Source: Penicillus capitatus
Taxonomy: Eukaryota; Plantae; Chlorophyta
DNA length: 64,000 bases
Assembly (NCBI GenBank): GCA_965649825.1
Contig: OZ287697.1
Span: forward strand, 434,001 to 498,000
Direction: 5' to 3'
Position numbers and translations under genes: made by a program
Shown: positions 49,954 through 63,103 of the stretch, piece by piece
Layout: each line of letters opens with the position of its first letter
Position numbering within the stretch: position 1 is the first letter of the stretch
The notes under the pieces: model-generated
Databases searched by the model: none
What the model saw: the letters and a program-made list of their open reading frames with translations, nothing else
Told to the model about the DNA's origin: nothing

Positions 49954-50944
49954 CTATGTACTGTGCAATGGTCGATGGGCATCCGACGTTGGATTCTTTT
50001 GAAAAGGATTCCGTGCACGTGGCGGCGGACCGGGTGGCGGCGGTGGCGGCTCGAATTTGACGATGGGCTTTGTATCTGGTGCCCTTGCGAAAAGAGACGG
50101 GTCCTTGAAATTCGCCATGCGCTCTGGATGCATCGTGCCGGTGCCATCCATCGGACGCGGTATATTATCATGAGTATATCTGCAACAACACCACAAGCCA
50201 TCGCATCGACCAGTTTTTCTCTACCTCGATCGCACACCTCGGTCGTTTGTGTGGTCGTGCATCGCCCGTAGCGATATTGGGATTCACTTCGTTCACGACG
50301 ATGTTAATATTGCGGTACTCCCTTGGCTTGGCAGCCTCCAGCAATTCAGGATCGGGAGGCGGTCCTACAAACGCACGATCTCTTGAGTGTCTGTCATCAT
50401 CGACATCATTACCAAGGCATGACGCATCAAACCTGGTAGTTTTGTATGTTTGTACCGGCAGTTATTGCCGTAGATACAGAATCCAAGTTTAAACATGTTG
50501 CATTCTTTGACATCGTCCAGGGAATGCTTGAAAAGACAATCGGGTTCTTTACAGACACCGTATTTCAGCACAGCGCGACAGACAGGCATGCGTTGAGGGT
50601 CGAGTTGATGGAGAAAACCACAGGAATCGCCTTTCATGCAGAGGCCCTTCAGCCAGTACGTACACACCGTCTGTCATGTGAGCTCATTGGCAAAGTGACG
50701 GGACCAATCGAAAAGGAACGGGTCACTTGACGAAAGTTCTTTTTGTAATTGCCCGGTTGTTGTCCGATGGCTGCACTGGGGAGCTCGGGTATCTTTGGAA
50801 CGGCATCCTGAAGTCGAGTATGTTTACGGCAAAGCGCATGGCAATGGCGAAAGGGACTTTGCGGGAGGAACGGAGGAGAGGCTTCGCCGTTCCGACGCTG
50901 TGAAGCGACCGTTCAAAATCGAAGTGCAGTTCGGGGTCGTCCAT
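49954..50944 (-). CDS. CPSF30: CPSF30, short form (three CCCH fingers, no YTH domain seen)
   Basis: MDDPELHFDFE; CTYWLKGLCMKGDSCGFLH, MPVC, KECNMFKLGFCIYGNNCRYKH. Confidence 0.9.
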
Positions 50945-51013
50945 GAAACGCAAAGAACGCACGCACGCAGACAATTCGGATGATAGGAGATGCGAAACAG
51001 TGATGTGACGTTT

Positions 51014-51329
51014 CTAGTTTGTGTTCCTCTCTGCTGTGTCTGCATGAAAACGGCGATTGGCTTCTTCAAAAGCGTCGTCGAGATCGAGTTCTGCCTGGCA
51101 ATAGAGTGAGACGTCGATGAAAAGAGTGAGACGCGATTTTGCCTGAAGGCGCTGCGCCAGCAACGCGTCCTGCGTTTCTGTCTCTGCGGCTTGCTGCATC
51201 TCCCTCGCAAATCTACAGGCGACCATGGCGGCGGTGAATGACGCCGATCACTTCTGCGTATGCGCGTCACTCTTCTGAGAGTCTCTGCGCCATCTCTTCG
51301 TCCGAAAGGTCGCCCTCCGTCGTCGCCAT
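51014..51329 (-). CDS. Small protein with two DxxxAQRL motifs (possible ubiquitin-binding helices)
   Basis: MATTEGDLSDEEMAQRL..|..DALLAQRLQ|AELDLDDAFEEANRRF. Confidence 0.45.
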
Positions 51330-51387
51330 GCGTCGCAATTCGTGCAATTCCTTGTTAAACACGACGCCGCGAAAGAGGCAATGTGCA

Positions 51388-53472
51388 TTACAGTGCATCA
51401 CCAGGCAGTTCATACAGCAACAAGGTCGGGCGATTCGCCTCTTTGAGCAACAGATACTTGCCATCCTCACGAGCCATACAGATATCCACCGTCTTCATCA
51501 GTGTCGACCATCCCAGCTCCATCTTCAGTCCAATCTGTCTAGCGAAGTCTTGCGGCTTGTAAACATGGACGCCCAGCAACGTGTGACGCTGATTGTCCTT
51601 AGGCGACACCCGCGAGACATACCTAGACAAGAGAGACGCACGCCGTCAGATGGGCACTGTTCATGAGAAGGTTGAGAAGAAAGCGCCACACGCTGTCCAC
51701 TCTGTAGGACTCATGATTTGCTCTGCGCTCCCGTTTGACGTCCACCGCGGCATCACGGCAACGCTTCGATAGGAGAGCACGCGAGGCGAGGTGGCATCGA
51801 ACGTACGCACCCGAGTTTGATCAGATCCACGCTTGCCAGCAACGCCGCCGTTGTCCATTTGGCGATTTTGTTGCCGTTGTTCTTTAACTCCGTTGCAAAG
51901 ACGGCGCCCCTTTGGCTCTCGAGTCGCTGGCGCCAGTCAATTTGTGCTGCTCCTTGTTTTTGGCTGTACTCCACGAGTGCCTTCGTCGATACGAGCAATG
52001 GACGATTCGGTGATTCCTGCACAGCATCGATCTCGCAACGCACGATGACATCCAACTGCCCGTTCCGCATGGACCACTTGCGATACCTAACCCATCCACT
52101 CTCCATCTGCATCCCGTCCAAAGAACAACGACAGCGCACTTGTATGCACAGCTCGCGAGCTGCGAAGCGCCGTCATTGACAGGGAAAGGATTTGGATGCT
52201 GGAATGCATACTGCTGCTGACCTCCCTTCAGAATCTGCACATGGTCTCTCATGTCTCTCCCCTCACCGTACGTCTGTGATGTCATACCTGTTGCGAGAAG
52301 TTCTGATTGGCGACAGTCGCTTCGCGGGACAGCTGCGGCACGCCATTGATATTGTCCTTGTCCTCCGGAACCTGTCGACGGCAGAGATCTGGCCCAAGCA
52401 GACAGACACGACGACAGAATGCACCTGATCGGGCGCCGTCTCGTTGATCGTGAGGTAGGAGATGGACGCCTGATCTCTCTTGTCGAAGAAGAGCTTGTCG
52501 CCGACCTTTGTGATGACGACATCCCACGAATAGACGGAACGCGTTGCACACATAACGGCAGCAAGAAGGGTGTCGGTTATGAAGACATTTCCCCGATCTT
52601 CCGCCGCAAAATTCCTAGATATCTCACTCTTTCCCTCACTCTTTTGACGTCTTCGTCGCTTACCGCATGATCGGGTCGTCAGAAGTGGTGACGTTTCGGA
52701 AGACGCGTCTGGAACGGTAGATGGGTCGTTCGGTCTTGGGCGTACAGGTGTCGTAAGATTTGTCGCAGTAGCCGACCTGACCACAAAAATAGAGATCCTC
52801 TGGCGCAGGAATCGCCTCGGGACGTAAACGATTGAGCCCTGCAAAGTCCATTTGCTCCACCACTCGCCACTCCGGCCGAATCTCGATCGAACTCGAATAC
52901 ACCACCGTTTGCTACATCGCACGTCACATCATCCCGAGTGCGGCAAAAGAGTGACCGACTCTGGGAGGCTCGCGGCGGTAATGCCAGTTATGCTTCTGAC
53001 CGGGCTGGACATACTGACGCCTCGGTTGCTGTTTGTTCCCATCCCGTCCCTCATCGCGTCTACAGCACTGTCTCGCAGGTCACATCGCATTTAGGATGTC
53101 GACCTGGGTCGCTGGTTCTGTTGCTGTCGACGTGCAACGCCGCCAGAAGGTCGATACCCAGGTGGCTTAACAGGTCGCGTATCGACCAAGTGAAAATTCT
53201 CGTCCTGGGGACATGGTAACGGAGTGGTGATGTATTGGTGGTGACGAACGCACCTCTTCGTCGGGGAGAAAGTTGAAAACGAGCGGCTGTGCATTGTGGT
53301 GTGTCCGTCCATAGTTCTTCTGGTAGCTCTGTTGCGTGAAGTCGGCAACTTTGCCGAGCTTTTCGCTCTTAGAAAACGGCGCGTAAGGGATGTTCTTCAG
53401 ATGCGCGGGTTCTTCGGTCGGTCCCCATCCATCCGGATTGTCGCCGACTTCGGGAACGCAGAACTTCGCCAT
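51388..53472 (-). CDS. EIF3D: Eukaryotic translation initiation factor 3 subunit D
   Basis: [72 protein letters not shown]. Confidence 0.96.
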
Positions 53473-53632
53473 TTCGAGGAGAAAACGTTGCTCATTAAAC
53501 GCACGAGATCTTTGCAGCGCACGTACGAACAAAGGATGTCCGCTGTTTAATGATCTGATGTGACACAGCCTCGTCGAGCTCAACAGCAATCATAGCAGTC
53601 ATAAGACAAAAAAACCCTCTCGCTTTTCCTGA

Positions 53633-54525
53633 TCAGGCTGTCTTTTTCATGACGCGTTCATAGACAAAATAGAGCACCAGCATAGATACAGAGACGATGG
53701 AAAGGACGATGACGCAGACAACGAGCTCGGTGGGTCTGGAAGAAATGACGTCCGTTCGATAGGACAGGCGTTGGCTTTGGTCCACAACGACTTCTGTGTC
53801 TTTTGCCAGATCAGACAACTTTCCGGTCGTGTCAAACGAGCAGTATTCGTTGTCATCTGTGCCCTCGACTTTGCAAAAGATGAAGATGGTGATGAAGAAA
53901 TCCGCCTTGGGTGTATCGGAAGGCAGTTCAAAGTCGAATGTAACGGGCTCGCCTAATTTATTGATGTCGATGTCGCGCTTCGATGCGATCTTCCTGCTGC
54001 AGCGTTTGTCATCCTACATCGCATAGGAGTGAGAATTGTGAGCGACGGTCTCGATTGGTCGTCATACCTGAATGACTGCCTTTGGTTTCCTCCATTTGCG
54101 ATTTTTCGTAAACTTCGTCTCGAAACAGGCCTGAATCTTGTATTTGACAGGCTCGCCCAAATCTTTTCCGCCAATCGATGTCAGTGTCTTGAAATCTTCG
54201 AGATTTTCAGGAAAGGTGTAGGTGACATGCAGATGGGCATCATCATCCCAATTCAGAGTCGGGCATGTTTCTTCGGCCTCCTCGTTGTCCTTCTTCTCGG
54301 GACAGCTGGGATAGTCGCGTTGCCCTTCCTGTTTATTATCGGAGTATTTGACTGAGATACCCAGCGGCGTGACGGCGTCATTGTTGACAATCTCAGTGAA
54401 CTCTAGACAAAACGCAACCGCGCGCATAAAGGAGGGAACGAAACGAGAGCGGTGTACGTACTAACGTCGATTGCCGTTGCCCGTTGGACGAGGCAAAATG
54501 CCAAGAGGAATAGCAAACGGAGCAT
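53633..54525 (-). CDS. NAR2: NAR2/NRT3 high-affinity nitrate transporter accessory protein
   Basis: Signal MLRLLFLLAFCLVQRATA; KIQACF..RKWRKPK...DDKRCSRKI; C-terminal TM helix ending FVYER. Confidence 0.75.
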
Positions 54526-54734
54526 GATGATAACAGTCAGTTGTCCTTTTACCAATCACAAAACGCAGAAAAGCGATACGCAAACAACGAACCTTCGGTA
54601 TTTGTGGACTCCGAGAAGGGGTCGCGAAATGAAGAGACCTTACGCGAGACATGACGCTCCGTGCGCATCTGGCGATTCATTTACAAACGGGTCCTCATTT
54701 GCGGGGCCACACGTTGTCAAAAGACACACGACGA

Positions 54735-55509
54735 ATGGCGGACTACTATGCGGTCCTCGGTATCCGCCGCGGCGCGACGCAGAACGAGATCAAGCAGGCA
54801 TATCGACGACAGGCTCTCTTGCATCATCCAGATATGTATGGTACTGCGTCTTGAAGCTGCTGAGAAGCTGTGACTGGGTAGGCATGCTCAGTCCACAGGG
54901 GCGACACGGGAAAGAGCTGCAGCAAAGTTTCGAGTAAGATTCACCAATGCTGCGTTGAGAATGGTTGGAGATGTGGGATGTGGATAGTAGGAGATAACAG
55001 ACGCGTACAAGACATTGAGTGATGGTGGGATCCTGGCTGTTGTGTGAGAAACCAAGAGGTCACTCTTTAGCGAAACGACGTGCCGTGTATGATCGCTATG
55101 GAAGAACAGCAGCTTCTTCTGCTTCTGCTTCGGCCTCGTCCTCCAATGCCTCCTATCGTTCGTATCAGAGACGGACGGCTCAGTGGACATGGTATGAAGA
55201 TCCATTTGACGAATGGGGACGATTTCGACAGGCCAGAGCGCGCCATCAAAGTGTGATGTTATGTGTGAGGGAGGGGTGAGCGATGTCGGCTGTGTAGATT
55301 TCATGAGATGGCGTGATTTTTCAACGAGATTCGGTCGGTTCTTGGCCGCGCAGACGGTCGTATCATCCGTGATACTGATGTTCCTATTCTCCATGAGTGC
55401 CACTACAGACACCGCATGGCGTTACCATAACAGAGGGGTGGGTTCAATACAACGCCGCCTCTTCGCTGCCTTTCATTTCTGTCTCTGCAGAAACGCTTTG
55501 AAGATGTGA
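54735..55509 (+). CDS. DnaJ/Hsp40 J-domain protein
   Basis: [44 protein letters not shown]. Confidence 0.9.
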
Positions 55510-55616
55510 TCGATCGAACATACGAGAGGAGAAAACGAGAGTGACCGAAAAGGCGAGCGATATCGCCTCCATGAGACTGACTCTGTAACACAGATGATGT
55601 CGATTTGAGCGTGCGT

Positions 55617-57103
55617 GTTTCGATGTCGAGGGTCATGTCGCTATGCGTTGGACGGACAGCGCATGCAACTGGATCGATCGCTCTACTGCCGGGGAGAAGC
55701 TGCAGATGGTCGGGGAGGCATTTGGGCCCGGCGGTCGTTCGTAGTGGACCGACCGAATATGTCTCTGGCCCCCTCGGTAACAGCGACTTGTTGCGTCGCC
55801 TCGCGGCGGAGCAAAAAGCCAAGGAAGATGCAGAACGTGGAGAGAAACGACGTAAGGGAACGGCCACGTCTGTCGTTTCTACCGAGGTGGTGGCGAAAGC
55901 AGGTTCTCCGGATCCGACCTTCGACGTCGTGACGTACATCGATGAGGAGGAGGACGATGACGAGGACGACGGGGCGGAATTGCTGTCGGAGTTGTCGGAT
56001 GAAGGTTGGCAGGCGGACATCATAGACGACGATACTGTCGTTCGTGTATCCCTTCACAGAGGCCATCGCGGAATGCGCCTGTACGAATCGGTGGTTTTTA
56101 GGAGGGGAGCACTCTTTTCGATCTGCGATCGGATCCCATGTTCAGCTCACTGTCTACGAAATCGATCGAGATTTTGGAGAAGCATTTGGAAAACGACAGG
56201 AAACAGAAGAAAAGAGATATGGTATGCGGGACACTCTTTTTCGGTAGTTTATTTTCGGCCGGTGTAGGATGAGAGCTCATTGACGACGAAAACGAAAGCC
56301 GCTCCGCATCGGAAGCTCAGAATTATTGGAGGAGAATTCGGAGGTGTGCTTTTCTCTAAAGTACAGCAGAAGTGTGATATGTGTTAGGCCGTCGGCTGCT
56401 TTCACCACAGGGTCGCTTCGTCCGACCCATGATGGAACGCGTCCGAGCAGCCATCTTTAACATGCTCTTTAGCCACACCCCAGGATCCGGATTCTTTCGT
56501 GCCAATGCAAGATGGCTCGATCTCTATGCGGGAACCGTCAGAATCTCACTCATCCTTCCAGAAATGCAATGACAAGTGTGACTGCAGGGTGCTGTGGGAT
56601 TGGAGGCACTGAGCCGAGGATGCGAAGACGTGCATTTTGTCGAGATTGACCCGTGGGTCGTCTCTGCTGTGCTGAAGAAAAACATCGAGGAATGTGGGTG
56701 TTCAGAGAGGAGTACCGTTCGGACTATGGTCTGCTTTTTGTATGGTCATTGCTCGATGAGGTGACGGATGTGACTGCTTAGAAAGTGGAACAGTACCTGG
56801 ATCGCCTCGTTCAGTTGCCTCAGTACCGTACTGGACCGTTTGACTTCATCAGCGTTTGTCCGCCATATCAACAGGTGTCCTACCCGGATCTGCAGCAGCA
56901 GATAGAGAACGCCGGAATCGTGGATGAGCATTCGGTGATCTTTATGGAGTATCCTCGACAGGTGAATGCCTCTTCGGTTCTACTTTGGTGATCCCACTAA
57001 TGTTTAGCTGTCACATCAAATCCGAGACTCTATTGGTGGTCTGAAGAAGATCAAAGATCGAAAATATGGAAGAACATATCTCGCTGTCTATGCAAGCGAG
57101 TAG
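55617..57103 (+). CDS. rsmD: RsmD-like SAM-dependent methyltransferase, organellar
   Basis: LRIIGG..GRRLLSP..VRPMMERVRAAIFNML, WLDLYAGT|GAVGLEALSRG, FVEID, FDFISVCPPY, KDRKYGRT. Confidence 0.88.
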
Positions 57104-57420
57104 TCATGTCGCTCAAAGGGCGAAGCACGCGAGGTCACGCTATACACGAGCAGCACGACAAGATTCGACGTACGGGGAAGGAAATCAGGACGTCTGTTTA
57201 GCGAACAGCGGAAATCTTTACCCTCTGCTGTAAGAGATCGATCGTTCATGACAACACGAACCGTCGACATGCGTTCCCTTGCACAATGGACGGTGGTGTA
57301 GATGATCCCTCTTTGCATTCCGCCATCTGAGATACATACCAGTGGCGGCGTTGATTATGTCAGACAGAGTGGCATCAGATGAGGCAATGTGCAGCAATGT
57401 ATGTTCACGGAGGCGACGAA

Positions 57421-58783
57421 TCACAGCGCCAGAAATCGCTGCCGAGCGTTCAGATGAAAAGACTGTTTGCCACGCAGCGACACATTTGCCGTGTCGTAAA
57501 AGGCCGGACCCGGGACGAGACCTGCCGTCGGTTTCCAATTCCATCGCCCACAGGTACTCTTGAAGCACGAACTCGCCGCAACGGCATCACTCCCAACACG
57601 CATCGCCTGCATGTCGTAGCTCCCTGGTCCCGGGACACCAGCACAAGACGGCCGTTTTCTAGAACGATCGGAATATGGACCAGCGCTAGCGGTTGTCTAG
57701 TAGATACTTCGTCTGATCTGACGTGCGTGCAAACATGCTGGATGGATTCTCCGTTGCCGTTTCCGCGTGGCGAGAATCGTCCGTGAAGTAGCTTCCTGGG
57801 CCCAGACCTTCCTTCTGCTGCCGATCGCGCTCGGTCTTTGTTCGCAAGAGGACGTCGATCTGTGTACAGCCCCTTTGGACACCAATTTCGGCCTACGCCT
57901 TTTGCCACACTTGATTCTCTCTTCTTTCGGGATCGCGTTTTGAATAGCGACAGAACTGACAGTCCTTTGCTTCATCCACCGGCCAAAGAAATCCCTAAGA
58001 AACGCAGCTATGCTAAGGACGCTCGTCGAAACGGACATCGGCGCTACGGTATTGTATGCATTTGGCGCCGGTGTGCTGTCTTTCGGTGTCTTCTGCCGCG
58101 GTGCCATACCGCCGAAAGGAGCCACGGCTGGCTTCTTGCAGCGCCAATGGACATCGCGTCCTCGACACGTCCTTAAGACCCGACCTCCATTCAGACACGA
58201 CGCCGGAAATGCTACTCACGCACTTCTGTGTGCAGTAAGATCCAGGACCAAGACCTCCACCATCCGGCGCATCCCGACGTCGAGGCGGACGGCGCATGAT
58301 CGGCGCGCTACCTCGTGTCGACATCGAGGGATCATAGGATCCTGCGCGAACAAGGAATTCAACGTCACGGGCGTTGCCTCTTGCGCCGCCACCCGGTCCC
58401 AAGAATTGCCGTGCGTGGCACTTGGCGAATCGTTCGTTCTGTGACGCGATCGGGCCGTAGCCGCGAGAAGACAGACCATCGTATCTCCAGTTCATCCCTT
58501 CCTTGCCTGCATGGTAGGCGCCAGGACCCGGTGACGCTTCGGATTTCTCAACAAACCGCGGAACGCGCCCGCCAAAAGCATCCTTCTCCCTGCGACATGA
58601 CGTGGACGACGGAACGGCGCGATGCGAAGCGGACAATGGTTTTGGATTGAGCAATGTGCGGAACTCTGCCGGAATGGAGCCGACGTTGGCGAATGCGCTC
58701 TTCTCCTTCGGTATGCCCCGATAGATTCTTCTGCTCTGACGCGTCATGGCGTCACGGCCGATGCGCTCAGACGTCGCTGTCAT
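57421..58783 (-). CDS. Sperm-tail PG-rich (SHIPPO) repeat protein, STPG1-like axonemal protein
   Basis: Repeats SPGPGAY, GPGSY, TPAPNAY and a final VPGPAFY..KQSFHLN. Confidence 0.75.
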
Positions 58784-59060
58784 GCCACGCCCTCGCTGTC
58801 AATCCCAGGGAGTGTAACCCAATGCGTCCCAGCCACGTCGGCTACCATCATTGTGTCATCTTTTTTCCGCGTTGGCTACCTTCGGCAACCGCGTTTTATA
58901 TTTCACGTAAAACGATTGCCAGAGGGCAGCGTCGTCCGGTGAAATCTTCACATTTACGTTTTGCACTGTTCACCAGCGTCCTGAGAAATGAACCACCGAA
59001 ACTCCTTCACAAGGCACCATGAAACCCTCGACATCCCGGTGTATCAAAACACCACACGCT

Positions 59061-60416
59061 ATGAAATGGTAAGGACGGACGGTGTTCAGGATTCCTGCCC
59101 AAATGGCGTTGCCTCGCGACGTCACAGTACGCGCATTAGACTTCGCGTTCTTTTCCTTCGCGCGGTGTCTTTTCGCGTCGCCCTCGCCGGCACGCGGCGT
59201 CGACGTGACGTTACGTGCTGTCTGGCTGCAGATAGAGAAGACGAGCGACGAAGGGAGCGAGGTGTCTGTCTGGAAAGCCTACGACAACGTCCTGAAAGAA
59301 CACGTGGCCGTGAAAAGAGTCTCTCGAGGATCTCACGTATCGCCCTTCTCAAGTACTGCGACGACGTGATGCAAAGGGTGACTGACCTCTTAGGTGAATG
59401 AATACATCGAGAGACAAGCCTTCAACCAAAAGACGCTGCTGCATCCGCACATCACACGAATGCTCGAAGTTGGACCATACATTGGCGGCGGGTTCTCGAT
59501 CTGATGCATCATGTGGCAGGTGGTTTTGAATGATGAGACGTTGGATATCGTCTTGGATTTTGCACCGGGCCGAAATCTGGCATACTATGTGGATGAATTT
59601 GGCGCATTGTCCGAGCGCCACGCGCGTCATTTCTTTCAGCAGATCGTTATCGCCGTCGATTTCTGCCACAAACGCGAGACATGTGTGCGGGGCATTCGCC
59701 TGGACAACCTCGCACTGAATGCGGAACTCGACATCGTCAAACTCATACACTTCGACCTGAGCAAAGTCATTGCTGTCTTGTGTGCTGAATGCGCTGAATG
59801 TGTCTTCCTGGCAGAATCTAACGGAGCAGTCAAAGCCGCACACGCGTTTGCTGGGTCATGTCGACTACGCCGCACCTGAATTGCTGGTTACCGATGGCGT
59901 CGTGCCCTATGATGGCTTTGCCATTGACGTCTGGGCCATTGGCGTTTGCCTCTTCGCTTTGCTCTATGGCTACAAGCCCTTCACGGGTATGGACGATACG
60001 GATCTGACACGCGTCGACAACACGTGTGATCGCATCATAGCCGGAAATCTCAAGATTCCGGACCACCAGTACGACCAATCTTTCAATGACGTTAAGATCT
60101 CGGAAGACTGTCTCGACATCTTACACCGTTTGCTGGAATACGATCCCCAAAAACGCATCACCATTGCAGGTACACCGCCGCCAATTGCGATGTCTATTCG
60201 ATCGCGGCAGCAAACGTGTCTCTAGAGATTATGCGGCACCCATGGTTCCTTGAAAGACTACCCAAAGGCGCCCTGGAGCTAAACGCCGCTGTCGATCCCA
60301 TCGACGACAAACTGTATGAAGCCAGCAGAGGGGTTCAGAAGAAATCCCGTATTAAGCAACTGCTGGCTTATGGAGCGCAACCCATCATGAAATCATTTAA
60401 GCATCACGCAGGTTAA
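59061..60416 (+). CDS. SnRK2-like Ser/Thr kinase-fold protein with degenerate catalytic motifs (pseudokinase)
   Basis: VAVK, LLHPHI, ARHFFQQI..VDFCH, YAAPE, DVWAIGV, DPQKRITI..EIMRHPWFLERLP retained; HRD->VRG and DFG->HFD. Confidence 0.85.
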
Positions 60417-60960
60417 GCAGTTCTATTCTGTATCTGTATTCTAGTTCAGCGTACGCTGTGCTCTTTCTCAATCTTTCTGTCAGTGTTTGCGGGAGCTCTC
60501 CATCCGGTGAGCGCGAACGAATGATTTGCCTTATGCACTAGCTTTGTCCTTTGCCCACTCATATCTACTGTGTTGTTGGTTACTATCGAATGGGAGGCGA
60601 TTGCCTACGATTCTGAACCTTCATTACACGATGATATGGTTTCATCTATCCACGCAACCCATTCAATAACGCAAATAGTACGGCACCAAAACTGTTGGCC
60701 CGGTATGGACGGAAAGATGTTAACGGGTGATGGCCTTTGGCGAAAGACGATCGCCAGATGCGACGCTGCGCGCAGTCTACGCGTTGGAGGAAAACAGATC
60801 GCGAGGCGTCGTCCGTCTCGAGCGGTCAATAGAGCAGTGCGAACGATAGGTGCTCTGAAGACGTCACGCAACACACGGCTTCGGCGTTGTGCTTCTCGCG
60901 TCTGACAATGCCGATGAGAAATGGAGATATGACAGACGTCTCCTGCGTTGACAGGCGGCA

Positions 60961-62399
60961 ATGGATGCGTCGTCGGAGAGATCTATCCCGCCAGTCGCAT
61001 TGACAGAAGAGCGCAAGAGGATCGTTATCTATTTCAGTACTCTCTGGCCCAACGCTGTTCTGCGCCATTCGGTACAGGGAGGGGACTGGGAAAACGCTGC
61101 CTTCGAGCAGGTACGTCGTCTGTAGTGAGGCAGGGCGAAACATCTATTCCTTACAGCTGTCCGATAGTCGCTGGCATGTGTTGACGATGGATCTCGATGA
61201 TAACGACGGTGATCGAAGGCAGAGTAGCCCACTCTTAGAATTTGCCATCACCGATCAAAACGGATCGTGGGCGAAATCGATCGACGGTTTCTGTTACGCT
61301 TCGGAATTCGAGATGAACATTCGCGCTCTGTTCTAGGGGAAAACTACGTCATCGATTCTTTTGGTCAGTATTCGATCGAAGACGGCGCAATCGAATCGAT
61401 CGATTCGAAGCCATTGATGGTGGTCAGTGATTTGGATGGTACCATGGTGGGCGACGACGTTGCGACGTCGGCATTTCGGCATTTCTGGCAGAGGCACCGT
61501 GCCGTGACGCATTCTACTCTTGTTTACAACACTGGCAGGTGATTGTTTCTATCTGTACTGGATGTCGTCTATCTATCTCTGTCTAGGAGCTTAGAATCGT
61601 TTGTGAAATTGCTCAGTGACAAGTCGCATTGCCTCGAAGTGCCAGATGTGCTGATCAGCGCCGTCGGAACGAAGATCTATTCGCATCAGGCAGGAGAATG
61701 GTCAGAAGATCCGGATTGGGTGGAGCAATTAGAAGAAGGATGGCAACTGAAGACTGTACAAGATGCCACACAGCACGCACTGGACTCCGTCGGATCTGAC
61801 AACATGCACTTCAGGTGCGATGCCGTCACTTCGTTTCTTAACGAAAATAGGCGTAATTTTACGTCGCAGGCCAGCAGAGGAGCAGAATGAGCACAAAGTG
61901 ACGTGTGGGATCAAGAAGACATCGCTGGACAGTGCCGTGCAATGCATTCAAGAGGATTTGGATGCGTCCAATGTTCGAGCAAATATCATCTCCAGTGGCA
62001 TCGGGGAATGGAGGTGTGCACACACGGATGCTTTCTTTCGACCTCTCTGATGCGTTTGTTATGATAGGTTCCTGGATATCGTTTCCAAGAACGCTGGCAA
62101 GCTCGAAGCCCTGGAACATATCCGAAGGAAGTACAACTTCGAACATGGACAGACGGTGGCATGTGGAGACTCTGGAAACGACATTCTGATGCTCTCAGGT
62201 CGTATAAGAGGACTAGTTGTACACCTAATCCTTCGTTTCTTTAGGGCAGAATCTGGCCATCGTCGTTGGCAACGCCCAGCCTGATTTGCTGGAGTGGGTA
62301 AAAGCGGAAGAGCAAGATGCCGGCGAACGGCTGTATCTCACTAAGCAGCACGAAGCCTACGGAATTCTGGAAGGATTGAAGAGATTTGGATTCTATTGA
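60961..62399 (+). CDS. SPP: Sucrose-phosphate phosphatase (HAD IIB) with N-terminal carbohydrate-binding-like domain
   Basis: VSDLDGTMVG, LVYNTGRS, PDVLISAVGT, LDIV..GK, CGDSGNDILM, IVVGNAQ, GILEGL. Confidence 0.88.
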
Positions 62400-62428
62400 G
62401 AGAATTGAAGCAAAAGCGTTTGCGTGAT

Positions 62429-62912
62429 TCAGAATGTCACTCCGAAGACAGTGCAGAGGCAGTACATGGTTTTGTTTTCCCAACGAACTGTCTGGCTACC
62501 GTCTGTCGAATTATCCCAGTAGCAAGACATTCCAGTGTGCAGGCCTGCCCCTGTCAAACAATCTCGATCTATCTCGATGTTGGCGTTTGGCAAGGAATCA
62601 CCCGTTTTCTGCATAATGGCGCAGTTGACGACATATTTGAACGCTTGCTGTGAATCGGCTAACTCTTTCACGATCTGATCGAGGCATTGTGCTGTCCATT
62701 TCTTAGCCTGAATAGATAGAAAGATGCATCAGGCGAGAGAAATCCAGCGAGCGAGATACGTACGTGCTGGGGATCGTACTCCTTCGACGCGAGTACCCCG
62801 TCGACAGCAGACGTGACCACCTCGCTGATGCGATCCGACATAAAAACGCCCTGAATGTCATATTCTGAAGCGCGATAGGCAAAACAATGAGAGATACGGT
62901 CGTATCACCCAT
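62429..62912 (-). CDS. TCTEX1: Dynein light chain Tctex-1
   Basis: FKYVVNCAIMQKTG|AGLHTGMSCYWDNSTDGSQTVRWENKTMYCLCTVFG. Confidence 0.93.
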
Positions 62913-63103
62913 TCTCGTTGTGTGACCAAATTGTTTATGCGTCCGACGTCTGGCAGTCAACGGGAAGCGTCAGTCACGACGCACTCAATGGTCGTTGACT
63001 CTTTGAGGGAGATCACTCATACTCATGAATGAAATCGAACGTCGTGAGAGGGCTCTGGGACAAGTGACACATACAAGTCCCCCGTCGCCATGCATCGCTC
63101 AGG

